Below are positions 40,201-53,001 of a DNA stretch of 64,000 nt, one piece after another (position 1 is the first letter of the stretch; each line of letters begins with the position of its first letter). The DNA is from Bugula neritina (Eukaryota; Animalia; Bryozoa), in contig OZ037766.1 of the NCBI GenBank assembly GCA_964035545.1, positions 4,392,722 through 4,456,721 on the forward strand, given 5' to 3'. The position numbers were made by a program, and so were the translations under genes. The notes beneath the pieces are model-generated. The model worked only from the letters and a program-made list of their open reading frames with translations. It was not told the origin of the DNA and made no database searches.

Positions 40201-43200
40201 AGTAATAAACTTAAATTTTGATGAATGGTAATAAATGCAAATGCAATAAATTGTCAAAGTTTATTATAATATTTTATTATTGAATGCTTGCAATAACTTC
40301 CTAAATTAAAATGATGCTATAAATATACTCAAATTACAACACCATAATCAGCAGTGCCTAAAACTGCATATGGTATAAAATTATTTCACAAGTATAGCTT
40401 CAAATGCTATAGATTACTGAAACTTGTTGACACTGTAGGCCGTAGGTGATCACATGGTATACAGATATGAGATTAAGGAGGTGCTAGGTAAAGGATCGTT
40501 TGGTCAGGTGGTGAAAGCTCATGATCACAAAACTGACCAAGTGGTTGCCTTGAAAATTATTCGAAACAAGAAAAGGTAAGTGACAAATGTCAAATGAGGG
40601 ATATTTAAAAAAAACATTACCTGTATATTTCTACATTCCATGCATTTTATACATTCAACCCTTCTTATTGCCTCTTCCTCTCTGCAGTGCAACTAGTTTA
40701 TCTTTGAGGCAATGTGATTGGCCAGTTGTATAGTGCTTGACCTCTTCTGCAGGTTTCACAGACAAGCTCTGGAAGAGGTAAAAATCTTGGATGCTCTACG
40801 AAGGAAAGACAAGGACAACTCCATGAACATCATTCATATGTTGGAATACTTTTGCTTTCGAAACCACCTCTGCATTACCTTTGAAATCATGGGGTAAGTT
40901 AGATAACTTTTCAGCGAATTTCCTACTCAGTGATCTTATATAATGAGCTATATGTTAACACTACAAGCTGTCACACTATACTATAGGTAACCTGTCACAC
41001 TGTACTATAGGTAACCTGTCACATTGTACTATAGCCTGTCACACTGTACTATAACCTGTTACACTGTACTATAACCTGTCACATGGTACTATAGCCTGTC
41101 ACACTGTTCTATAGCCTGTCACACATACTATAAACTGTCACACTGTACTATAAGCTGTCACACTGTACCATAATTAAAGATGTGTTGAATTGCCTGCTAA
41201 ATAGACTGGCTCATACATAAACTATTGACTATTCTAAGGCAGTGCTTATGGTTTTTAAAATGTTTGCTGTCTGATGAATGCAATACTCTGAGACCAATTT
41301 ATCCATAATATAGGCCACAAAACGAAAGTATGTTTATAGACCCAAGCGTATAATTATTATATTGTTCTTAGCTGATGCATACAATTAATGGTATTGGAAA
41401 AGATACCATATTATTGGTGCTAAAAACTGTTTACCCATCAACAGAGTAGAAATTCTAAACGGCAACTGCAGTTGCTGAGCAAATATTTGTCATATCATGT
41501 TTTATAGAATATATGATAATGACAGTCAATTTATGAACATTCAAGTTATAATTTAATCAAACAGTAATGGGCAGCTTGAACTATAAAAAATAGAACTAAC
41601 AAAAAAACTTAGTGCACGTCATTGAATTCTTTGCCTAAACAAAATAGCTTTTAGTGATCGACAACTGAGTTTATTATGCAGCAAAAATTCCTCACTATTT
41701 CAAGCAAATTGAAATAAAATCTGAATGTAAAATCTCAAACTTTACAAAATCAATTATAAGATATTAAAAAACTCAAACGAATTTGCTGTAGGTATTCTAA
41801 AAGTTTCCACTATAAACTTGCTATAGGCACCTCATCTGTATGAATAGTGAATATGTTCGAGCTCAAACTTAGAATTAAACTAAAATTTACAGGTCTATAT
41901 TAAAATTTTCTCAGTACAGGTATTTAAAAACACCATTGTTGAGATGCATAAGCAATGTTCAGCACCTTGCATAACCCTATTGCAGAGATTATAACATAGC
42001 ACACTCAATGATCCTAAATGTTTGTGTTTCAAGCTTCAGAATTCTTTGGTGAATCATCCTAAAACAGCTCTTGCCTGTTTAATTGTTATATTTTTAGAAA
42101 GTAAATTCAATAAGCTCAAATTAATTCACAAAGCAAAAATTAGCGTCTTAGAAATGTGGTTTTAATTCGGCTATATTTAGAACAGGGAGTGTGAGATGTT
42201 ACAAATTAGAAGTACCCAGTCCATGAGTTTATAACAATGCACTTAAAATTTCTATATTAATTCATATTGCTCTTTACATTTCTAATGCAAATTGTTTAAA
42301 AGAAATCACAAACTTGTGGTTTAATCAAAAATGAATGGAGGTGTAGCGATAAAACAAAAGGTTTGCTCATGAATAAGAGCTGTTGATTGAGATCTCATTT
42401 CTGTTATGTCTTTCAGGATGAACTTGTATGAGTTAATCAAGAAGAATAATTTCCAAGGGTTTAGTATACCACTAATACGTAGATTTGCATTCTCAATATT
42501 GCAATGCCTAAAGGTGCTCCAAAAAGATAGGATAATTCACTGTGACTTAAAACCAGTAAGTATTCCGCTCACAGCTATAATTACTCGGTTAGCATTATTT
42601 TCTAATAGCTTTTATCAATCACCATATTGTATTTAATTTTTTATGCTTTATATTGTTTAATAGCTATAGAGTATTTATATACTCAAGTTGGAAAACAACT
42701 TTCAAAGTAGTTTAGTAAAAATGCCCTGAGGTGCATACAATTATTTACTGTTTACAGGAAAACATACTTCTAAGACAGAAAGGACAAAGCTCAATAAAAG
42801 TTATTGATTTTGGATCAAGTTGTTATGAACCTGAGAGGGGTAAGTCTGCATACATCTACATAGTATTATACTTCTCAATAGTAATTATCTCCCCTATTCT
42901 ATTATAAACTTCAACCCAAACATAAAAAAACAAAATGAAATTATATTTGTGATTTGTTTGCTAAAAATATATAAGCCCATTTAGGTAGAGAATAAAGAAA
43001 GATTCTTTGAAATAAATCCGACAAATAAATTGTAATAAAATTAAAAATTATGTCACTCGGAAAGAAGGAGCCAACAATGTTTTGAGCTTAATAAAAAGTA
43101 CTCAATTTGTTTATAATATTATCTATTAAGTTTTGAATTTACCCACATAAGTACAACGACAGAAAATTTGTTAAACACATTTTTTAATCTTCAAATTAAC

Positions 43201-46200
43201 AAATATTACTTTGGAGCTTCAACAAATTATTGCTTAAAAACTAAAGTGACAAAAAATATTATATCTTCTATTATATCGTAACACAAATAAAAATTCTTTC
43301 ATCAAACATAGACTTAGGCTGATGATAAACTACACACTGTTAAACTAGCAACTGTCACAAGCTTTCAGATCTACAACAAGACACCAAAGCTATTTGACTG
43401 CTGTTTGCACAGTTCACAAAAAGTTCTCACCATCAAAATTATTAGAATTAGATCCCCGCAAAGTATAATAAAAAGAGCTTGAAAAAATTTTGTTTTTCAA
43501 ATATTTGATAAAGTCAAATCAACATGGCAGCATATTACAGACATCTGACTTTTATTCAAGAGTGAGAGTGTGAGAGTCGTGTAGTATACTTGAAAAACCA
43601 AAAGGTCCTCAGTTTACCAGTGTACAAGTGTTTCAAAGTAGGTACTAGATCACGCATTGTTTAGACTGCATGACAAGTATAAGATTCTTGAAGTCCGTGA
43701 GAGCTATAGGTCTAGCTGTGCATACAGGAGCAAAGTAAACAAATGTAGCAGGTCTTACTGGCTTCAGCAAAAGTTTATTGCATGCCGTGAAGTCATTTTA
43801 TAAAATGTATCATTTTAGTTTTTCATTTAAGTGCTACAATAGAAAGCAATCTATGTCCCTTCTTCCTCAATTTCAGAATTATCCTGCTGTTGATAATACA
43901 ACTATATACAAATTAATTTTATGAAATTTATGAAGACTAAGTTCATGTTTGCTATTTTATTTTAAACCTATAATAATTATCTCTTTCAACGTGCAGCAGA
44001 TTTGCTTATAGTTGAACAATATGGCTACTGCATTCTCTCAAAATTAACGTCTTTGTATCTCTCAAAGCTCCGACGCAAATCATTAAATCAACTAACTGTA
44101 GCACTCAATATCCAGGCATAAACATAGCTCTAGAGAAAATTACCTGCTAAATAGACAATAAACTTACATTACATATTACTCACATCGGTTGCGTAGCTGA
44201 TATTGGTTGTGTTTCTATCATAAAGAACTTTGTTTGTAGTCTACACATACATACAGAGCAGATTCTACAGATCTCCAGAAGTGATTCTTGGGTTAGACTA
44301 CTCTATGGCCATAGACATGTTTAGCTTGGGATGTATACTGGCTGAGCTCTACACGGGCTACCCTCTATTCCCCGGTGAAAATGAAGTTGAACAGTTGGCC
44401 TGCATTATGGAAATTATGGGGCTTCCCTCTCAGAGTATTCTAGACAAAGCTAAGCGAAAGAAAGTTTTCTTTGGTAGGCAAACATTTTACTTTATCATTT
44501 TTTACCAAATCTGTTTTGTCCTTTGAAATTTTATGCGTGATATGTTCTTATTACCATTAGCTTTTTGGGAAAATTAATTACCATTAGATTACCTACATCA
44601 GACTGAAATATTGAATATATTTTGCCAATTAAAGGATTTATCAAAGTAACTAAAATAGTGGCATCTAAACTTATATCCTCATTTTAAAAGAATTGTCTAG
44701 AAAATTATTCTATTGGGCATTTATTTGTATCATAGCAATGAAATTTAATATTTATTTGATAAATACCTAGTAAACTGTAACAAGAAAAAAATGTCATTTC
44801 ATATCTTCTGTAGAAAGTAAGCAATATAAATGACTGTATATTTTATAATAGCATATTAATGTTGTTTACTGCTAATATATTTGATCAAGATATATAACAT
44901 TTGGAAAAGAATTTTGTAATAAATATCTTTACAAGAAAGAATTAGCTTTAGGAATATCAACATTATCTGCTACACATTGCACTGAAGTGATTCGTCCGCA
45001 TTTGTTGAATATTTACAGATAAATCTAATGTGCCTAAAGTGCTAACAAACAGCAAGGGAAAGAAAAGAACACCGGGTAGTCGAGATTTGAGTCAAGCAGT
45101 GAAAACTAGCGATGAAAAGTTTCTGGACTTTATAAAGAGATGTTTAGAGTAAGTACCATCTCATTATTACTTCCAAACTGCATTTAATTATATTTTAGTC
45201 TTTTTCTTAATGCAACTGTTAACCAAAGATATGTAGCAGTTTTTGTTGTTTACAGTTGGCATCCTGAAACAAGAATGAAGCCAGAAGAGGCCTTGAACCA
45301 CGAGTGGATCAAAGAAGGAATGATTTCTGTCAAAAGTCGTCAGCTTCGTCACAAAGCCGCTGCCAGTGAGCGTAAAAGGGGTGAGTTGCACATTATAGAA
45401 TATCATTTGCAGAGCCGAAAATTAGTCTTTTAACGGCATACAATATGTAGACACCAATACGAAATATATTTTTGTCATGAGTGCCAGTAAATAAATTTCA
45501 AACTCAATTTTAACCAAAGAATGAATGCAATATCTCAACGTTTTGCTGTCTTTATAACAACTTGCTTATGAAGTTAATCATATTTCAGAGTTTCCGTATA
45601 TCAATCTACATAGACTTAGATTGCGTAAAGGTAAACAGTGGTTTGCACACAGTGGTGAATGTATTGTAGTTAGCAGTTAGTTAGCTAGCTTGTAGAAACA
45701 TGTATTTTATGAGTTTTATTTGGATTCCAACCATTTAAATGAATTTACTTAAATACATGTATAAGACAAATTGTGGTTTGGATTTTAAACTAAAATATAT
45801 GGCGTAGAGTAGTTGTTTAGGTGTGAGTAGCTTTTAGTTGTCACACCAAAATGAGTGCATGCATCGCAACTCCGTAGAGTGTAGATAATAACTGCTCTAG
45901 TCCAACCTCACAGTAAGAGTGATATTTGTAACTGGTATACATCCATTTATTGACTGCTACAGCACAGTTTGTTGAGAAGCTAATGTTATAGCGCACAGTA
46001 CCTTTATCAAGTACCTATAGAATATAAATAACGATGACAATAACTGATTACAGAAAAAGCCAAGCAAGCCGCCGAAGCTAACGCTATACTAGAAAACCCA
46101 AACGCTCAAAAAGTATTTGCTAGCAGCAATATCCAAGATACTGGAGAGGAAAGGCTTCAGCCAATCGGTGCCTCAGATCCTAAAAATTACCATGACCAAG

Positions 46201-47116
46201 AGCCAGCAGGCAAGGGAAAAAGTAAGTAGATGTTCTTAAGTTCAAGGGCTACAACTTATAATATTTTGCATATAAATCTGTTCAAACCACATAGTTTCTT
46301 CCTACATCAACCTTCACAGACTAAATCACATGTGTTGCTGCTTCAAATTTCAATAAAATAAATTATAACAGCAAGATTGGTTTAAACAATGCAATTTATA
46401 TGTTTCTAGTGAGCCAAAACAGTATTGATATATATCTAAAATAACATTACTGATCATCAGGAACAATAAATAAAAACATTTCCAGATTTAGTTATGCTTG
46501 TTCATCAGCACAGATAATGAGATCAAACATATGTATGTTGATTTCTATGAATAGTAACTGAATAGATTATAGTTGTGTCTTGTGGATCAATACTATTACA
46601 CTAGAAATCTCAGACGGGTCACTCAAGCCTAAAGATCAATGTGCATGCAATGACCCCCCAGACATTGGATTAAGCAATAAATGAAATCCAATTCCAATTT
46701 TCAATTGTGAAAACTTACACTTGCAAAAGGAATATAGTAAGCAGTTGATAGAAACGATACAAAATTGAATATACAGTTTGATGTATTTTTAAGGCAAGAA
46801 ATTGTAAGTTGCATGTCATTATTTGTGTACATTTGCATGGCTAAACTTTCTAGCTCCTAATACATTATTAGTCTTCTTCAAATTATTATTTCTTAAATCT
46901 GAATAACATGTGCAGTCTAGATTATATTTTAAAAATGGTTGTGTGATGTTCATCTAATTTCTTCACATATTTTTAGTAATTAAAGGTAAAGAGAAGCCGA
47001 GTGACTTTCCACAGGAGCCTTTAGACAATTCTCAGAAACCAAAGTCTAGTTCAAACACAAATACTGGGGAAACAGACACATCGAGTACATTTCTCCCACC
47101 CATAACTGGAAAATAG
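37222..47116 (+). CDS. DYRK4: Class 2 DYRK kinase (DYRK4-like), common exons 37222-37347, 38431-38659, 39076-39239, 40439-40575, 40753-40893, 42417-42555, 42758-42839, 44240-44473, 45019-45148, 45256-45380, 46054-46221, 46977-47116; first coding exon alternative (see findings)
   Basis: NAPA region ([19 protein letters not shown]), DH box [70 protein letters not shown] (DYRK4-type) and C-terminal LPPI. Confidence 0.9.
38862..39015. repeat. 20-bp minisatellite (TATGTTTATATTACTGACTA-like)
   Basis: About 7 copies, direct reading. Confidence 0.88.
40965..41170. repeat. ~20-bp minisatellite (CCTGTCACACTGTACTATA)
   Basis: About 10 copies, direct reading. Confidence 0.9.
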
Positions 47117-48610
47117 AAATTTTAGTCCCAGGGATTGCCCAGTAGCAGCGACAACTCAGTGTTTGACTATAACTATCAGTATTACGTAGTGTAGTGAGGA
47201 GCATGCATATTAATGGACAAAAAAATCGTTCAACTTCGATCTTGACTCACAATTGTGACTATTTGATAGTCCAACTAGTTGCTACTAGTAGCCTACTACT
47301 AAATATATTTTTATTCTGTATTATTTTTGTACCTATTCTGACTGTAAATTATTTACCTTTACAATTCTTCCATATTTCATTGATTTGTATTATGTGTACA
47401 TTCATAAGGCTGTCACGAATGTGTGGATAGCCGTAGGCAATTCGGACTCTCTCCATAAAGCAATTGCATGATTAATTATATCTACAAGTAAAATTAGGAT
47501 CTACCAATTATGTATTTGAAAAACTACCTGCCAAAATTAGGGTTAAATTATCTGTTGCATGTTTTAGGAGTTATTTTGCAACTTCAATAATTAGAATTAG
47601 TTATCAATATTAATTTAGCCTACAATAGTGTATTTTTATATTCATAGTTATAGTATTTTAAACAGTGTGATGATGAAAATGCTAAAGTATCAGCACTCGC
47701 ACTTTACAGCAGTAAAGACTTGCTAGCTGAGAGCTGCGTTGTGCTGATGCCGAAGCAGCCTAGGCCTGAACCATTTGCTCAAAGGCCCCTAGATGTAAGT
47801 TGATTGCAATCGGCGCATCATTAGGTGGCGAATCACATTGTTTATGTTGCAGTGTTGACACAAGCTTTCCGTCCGAGTTTTGTGTGGTTTACTTTTGTAG
47901 AGACATACCATATTTTTGCAGGTGTTTTGTGAGCGATTTTACTGTGTAATGTGATTTATAAATTTGCTATTTTTGTTAGAGACTTCTTTTCATATGTCTT
48001 TACCGTCCATTGCACTATTTATACAATCTTTTTTCTTTATGTCTTGTATTTTTCTAATGTCTCGTTTTTCTTCCTCCCCCAAAGTGTTTTTAAAAATTTA
48101 TAACAATTTCTTCTATTTTCGTCCATACTATATTTTATGATACAATAATGATTATGTTACGTAACTCTATAATTATTAAATTTGTATTCTAGTACCTAAC
48201 TATAATAATAAATTTGAAAAACAGTTGAATGAGCTAGCACTACAAGATGACTATATAGTAAAGGTTATCCATACGGTTACTGAATAACTGACTACACTAG
48301 AATTCTTTCCAATAAAGTGATATTTGAGTCTAAACAACCAATTTCAAGTTTCAAAAGAATTACGACTGAAAGTCCACTGCCTCATCCACATTGTTTGGCT
48401 CAAAAATAGTTTATGCAAGGCAGCATAAAATATTTTGTTACAAAAATGCGTTTAAAAAACAGAAAATTAGAGAAAAATGTTACAATTCAAATTGAGCATA
48501 AAAATTATTCAATTCAAACATTAAATAATTCAAAATTCTATAAATATGCACAAGAAGAACAAGAGTGTTCGAAAACCTTTGTTAATAATGTGTAAAGATA
48601 GAGAGATAGT

Positions 48611-50521
48611 TTAGGACCTACTGAAGAACCAGCTAAGTAGCCTATATGATACATACAGTACAACGGCTGGGTAAATCATCAGCTCCCTAGTCTGTCTCTG
48701 CTGCTCCAGACGTTCCAAATTGAGTAGTCTAGACTCTAGGGAATTGGTATTCGATGGTGCATACTCTTGTATGGAATCATCAAATTGTTTGGCAGGAGAT
48801 AAACCCTGTTCTAGAGCCCTAGAACACAGTATATATATCCATCACTAGCCATAACATTATTATACATTCGTAACATTTGTTACCAATCTTCTTAGAAATT
48901 AAAACAATTAGCATAATTTATACTAATAAATACAAACTGTAGCCCATAAGTTTAACGGATAATTTTCAGTTGGCAAAATACTGAGCCTTCAACTGAAAAT
49001 AGCTATATTTTTGTGCTTGATAGTATTAGATATATAAATTCTTCATGGCCTGAATAACTGCTACATTATAAGCTGATAGTACAAATATATGAACAATCTG
49101 GAGTTGTCATATCTTATAGAAATCCTATGCTCGATTTCGAGAGTTTCATTGCGAACAATTTATGGAATAACATTATAGCATTGAATAAAATTCTATGTTA
49201 TATTGTTGCTAATTCAGCTTCATCCATTCAAAGACTTTGGAACTATAAACCGAGCATTAATCTTTTATATTGCATTTAAACGCTAATATGTCAGACAAAT
49301 ATAACACAAATCAGCCTAATCTACCATCTCTTCCGGACAGCTACTTCTCAGAAGTTCACTGATAGCTCGAGTTCCTTACAAAATAAATAGCCTACCCAAG
49401 TTGATTTAGAAGTACCAACCTCATCTGGCTACTCATTTCCTGTCCCGTAGTGTCTAGAGGCTCATCCTGTACCACCGGAAACCTTTCTTCTACTGTCAGC
49501 ACCCTAGGTGGGGTGGTGATATTAACATAGCTTGAGTTCTCTTGGCTAATGGTATTCATAAAACCATACGGTTCCTCTAATATATCCCTTTGACTAGGTC
49601 CTGTGGGCAAACAAACGCACGAGCCTCACAACACCATCACAAAGTATAACACCAGGAGAACATATAATGATTTACAGAAAAGCACTAATTCTTACACTGT
49701 GTCCAAAGATACTTGAATCCTAATTTCAAGTATAGCAACGTGTTCACTAGAATGGCACTTTCACTATACTATTATTATTTCCCTGATTATTAGGAGTTGT
49801 CTTTACAACAGTACTATCCAATTGAGAGAATACAACTTCACAGAAAAACAATTTTTTAGTATGAAGAGCTTGAAAATATCTGCATGCCAATATAATAAAT
49901 TTGCTCGAAGACACATTCTAACAGTGCATATAGTTGTATGTTGGACATGTTGATTAAGTTCCACACCTGCCAGTGAAATAAAACTATGTTGTGTTTCAGA
50001 ACCCTCTAGAAAAGGCTTTATAAGATCACAAGTATGAGAATATTCTACCTGCTAAAGTGATCTTATCTGGTACAGCCATACCAGCAGAAGCTGTGAGCTG
50101 AGACGATGAAGAATTTGCTCTCATGTTCTCCACCTCCAAGTCGTGTAGAGTCTTTCCATCTACGGACAACCGATTGGGCATCTACAAACACCGGGAATTG
50201 AGATATCTTGTACCAGTAGCAAGCTATGTAATTTGCATAATGTTTTTCTTACAGTAAGTTTGTCCCAACACTTCAATGATAAAATGAACTTAGAAAAAAC
50301 AGTTATAAGATTGTATAGAAGATTTTAGTACACAAAGAAATAGCTGTACAACTAGTAGAAACTAGTGTAGCGTATACCTTCATCCTCTTATTAATGTCAT
50401 GCGAGAAATCACGCTGAGTGGTGTATGAACCTTGCTGTAAATACAGATCGTCATATTCTGCTGGAATTTGAGGTACAGGATTAGGACTGCTTTGAGCACT
50501 AGTATTAGAATCACCGTCCAT
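48611..50521 (-). CDS. MFF: Mitochondrial fission factor; exons 50521-50378, 50181-50049, 49600-49420, 48818-48611; 221 aa
   Basis: Drp1-recruiting repeats DINKRMKMPNRLSV and MAVPDKITLAG, then TTPPRVLTV, coiled coil RLLNLERLEQQRQTRE and tail anchor LMIYPAVVLYVSYRLLSWFFSRS*. Confidence 0.88.
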
Positions 50522-53001
50522 CTTATTCTAAAAGATTACTTCAATACAAATATGTTCAATGTTGACAGTGATCAGAAAACACGTGTGACAGTCAAATCAG
50601 TATGTGGGTGGACTAAATAAAAAGAAATAATTCAGACCATAAGGCAGTTCCTAACAATTATCAAGAAACTTTTTTAATTTTTTTCCTATTTACTACATCT
50701 AAAGTTTAATATTAATTTCAGTAACTTTTCTAAATAAGCCATTTATTTACATATATCCTTCTTTGATGCTTTTGCTTTATGCATTAATTTCTATAATATA
50801 TGAGTCGAAGTAACATTAGGCCTTTGCCACATAGTTTTAAAATGCATTGATTCATCAACAGCAAATAAGCAACTAAAATATATATCATTTTAGTAAATTT
50901 CTTAGTTTTCATCATCAATCATTTCATTCAAATTCAAAGTTATATTTCTCTGACGTATAATTTTGTAAAAATCGCTGACATCTATATTGATATTTTCAGT
51001 CGCATTACATGTCAAAAAGCTCTAAACTGACAATTGACAATAAATTTAAGGTAAAAATACTTATTTTTATATTCATATCAAAAGTTTGATTTTAATTTAT
51101 ATTAGCATTAAAGTTACTAAGAGATTATAACATTCAAAAACTGATTATTCTAATTACTATCATCAATATTATAAAATTGATTGATGATTGTTTAGTGTTC
51201 AGGCTTCAGCTGTTCATTTAATTGATTATTATAACTTAAATTATCATTATGATTACGGCAATCACAATAAATATAATCAAACTCAATCACAATGATCATC
51301 ATTATGATGCATCAGCATGATTATTATAATCATAATGATAACAATCACAAATACAATCATTATAATTAGTATTGCATTAACTACAACTACAAGAGTGTTG
51401 TCATCATAATTATGATAATAATAATAATATTAACAATAATAACAGTTTTAATTTAAGATAATCTTCATCAGTTATCATAATGATAACCATAATCATAATG
51501 ATATTGATAATCATAATGACTAATAGTATTACTGTCAATAATAATAGTAGTATCATTATTATTATTAATGCTATAATTCATTTACAAAATGAAATTGCAC
51601 CAAATCGAAAATTGTTTTCCAACAACAAATAAAATAGCCAATATTAACATAATATTCTTTAATAGTTCAATATTAATATAGATATCAATATAAAAATAAA
51701 AATCAAATTTAATGACAAACTCACATTTAGCAAAACTGGTGAATTTCATTTAGTTTTACCCCACTAAAACTAGTATTACTATTACTAATAGTAAATAAGT
51801 AATAGTCTAATATCAATAGTAATACTATCAGTATCACTATCAGTATGTGTACTCATACTGTACTCTAAGTCTAACAGTAACAGCAACTCGGACAGTAACT
51901 CTATCATTATCATTATGACTATGAGTATGACTCATAGTCATAGTGATAGCCATACTCATAGTAATACTCATAGTGATAGAGTTGGACCTATACTTATACT
52001 TATAGTACACTGTTACTGTACAGTACTGGTACACATACTAATACTAATAGTAATAGTAATACTGTGATAGTCATAGTGATACTCATACTGATAGTGAAAG
52101 TATTAGACTATTAATCATTTACTCGCAATATGAGTATCAGTGTGACTGACTATGCTTATGTTAACTTAAAGTTAAACTTAATTAGTTATTATATTTACCA
52201 TTAGTTAAACTTGGTGACTTAAACTTAAACTTGGTTAATCATTAAATGATTAATGATTAATCATTTATTTTTAATAGAATATTTATTATTTTATTATAAC
52301 AATCATAAAATGGAGAAAAGGAGAATATACAAAATGATAGTGGTATGATTAGTTGAAATAAAGTCAAACAAGTCAGAGGGTTAAAGGAATAAAAATATAT
52401 CGCCCTGTTAAGAGTTAACTCTAGAGAAAAATTATAAAAATATTAATTACTTTTCACAGTTTGTACGTTCAGCTGGTAGAAAATGAGAAAGTGGACTCAA
52501 GAGTTGTCGGTCGGTAGTTAAGAGAAGATAACTGCTATTGTACACAGTAATTCGTCATCATAATGTTATTTGTTATCTACATATGGCTATGATTATAAAT
52601 ATTTATAAATACATATCAACCCCATAGCACCTTTCATTTCTCACAGCTAATTTATTAAAGCTTATACACCTTTTCACTTATTTTTAGTTCAATTTCGCAA
52701 TTCATTGTACTTGGAAAATTGCTGTATATTATTAGTTGATTTATCACAATTTAATTTATAAACTATAAGTCATTAAATATTTTAGTATTTGTAACAATAT
52801 AGTTTTTCTAACAATCAAATGCCAATTAAATATATATACGAGGCTACTCAAATTTTTTAAGCCATTATGCATACAATTGTTCACTTTGTTCAATTAAACA
52901 GCATCCATTTTAAGTGAAAGTAGTGGCTTTGAGGGTTGATTTCATTCTTTTCTAATTACCGCATTCTTCACAGATTACAGTCAACACAAAATTGTCGAAA
53001 G

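Noticed and set aside
47665-47750. C/D snoRNA or SECIS in the DYRK4 3' UTR
   Set aside because: The CTGA is buried in a stem, the location is not intronic, and there is no in-frame TGA in the CDS.
49325-49373. Extra MFF exon
   Set aside because: Would break the frame; the flanking exons already join in phase 2.
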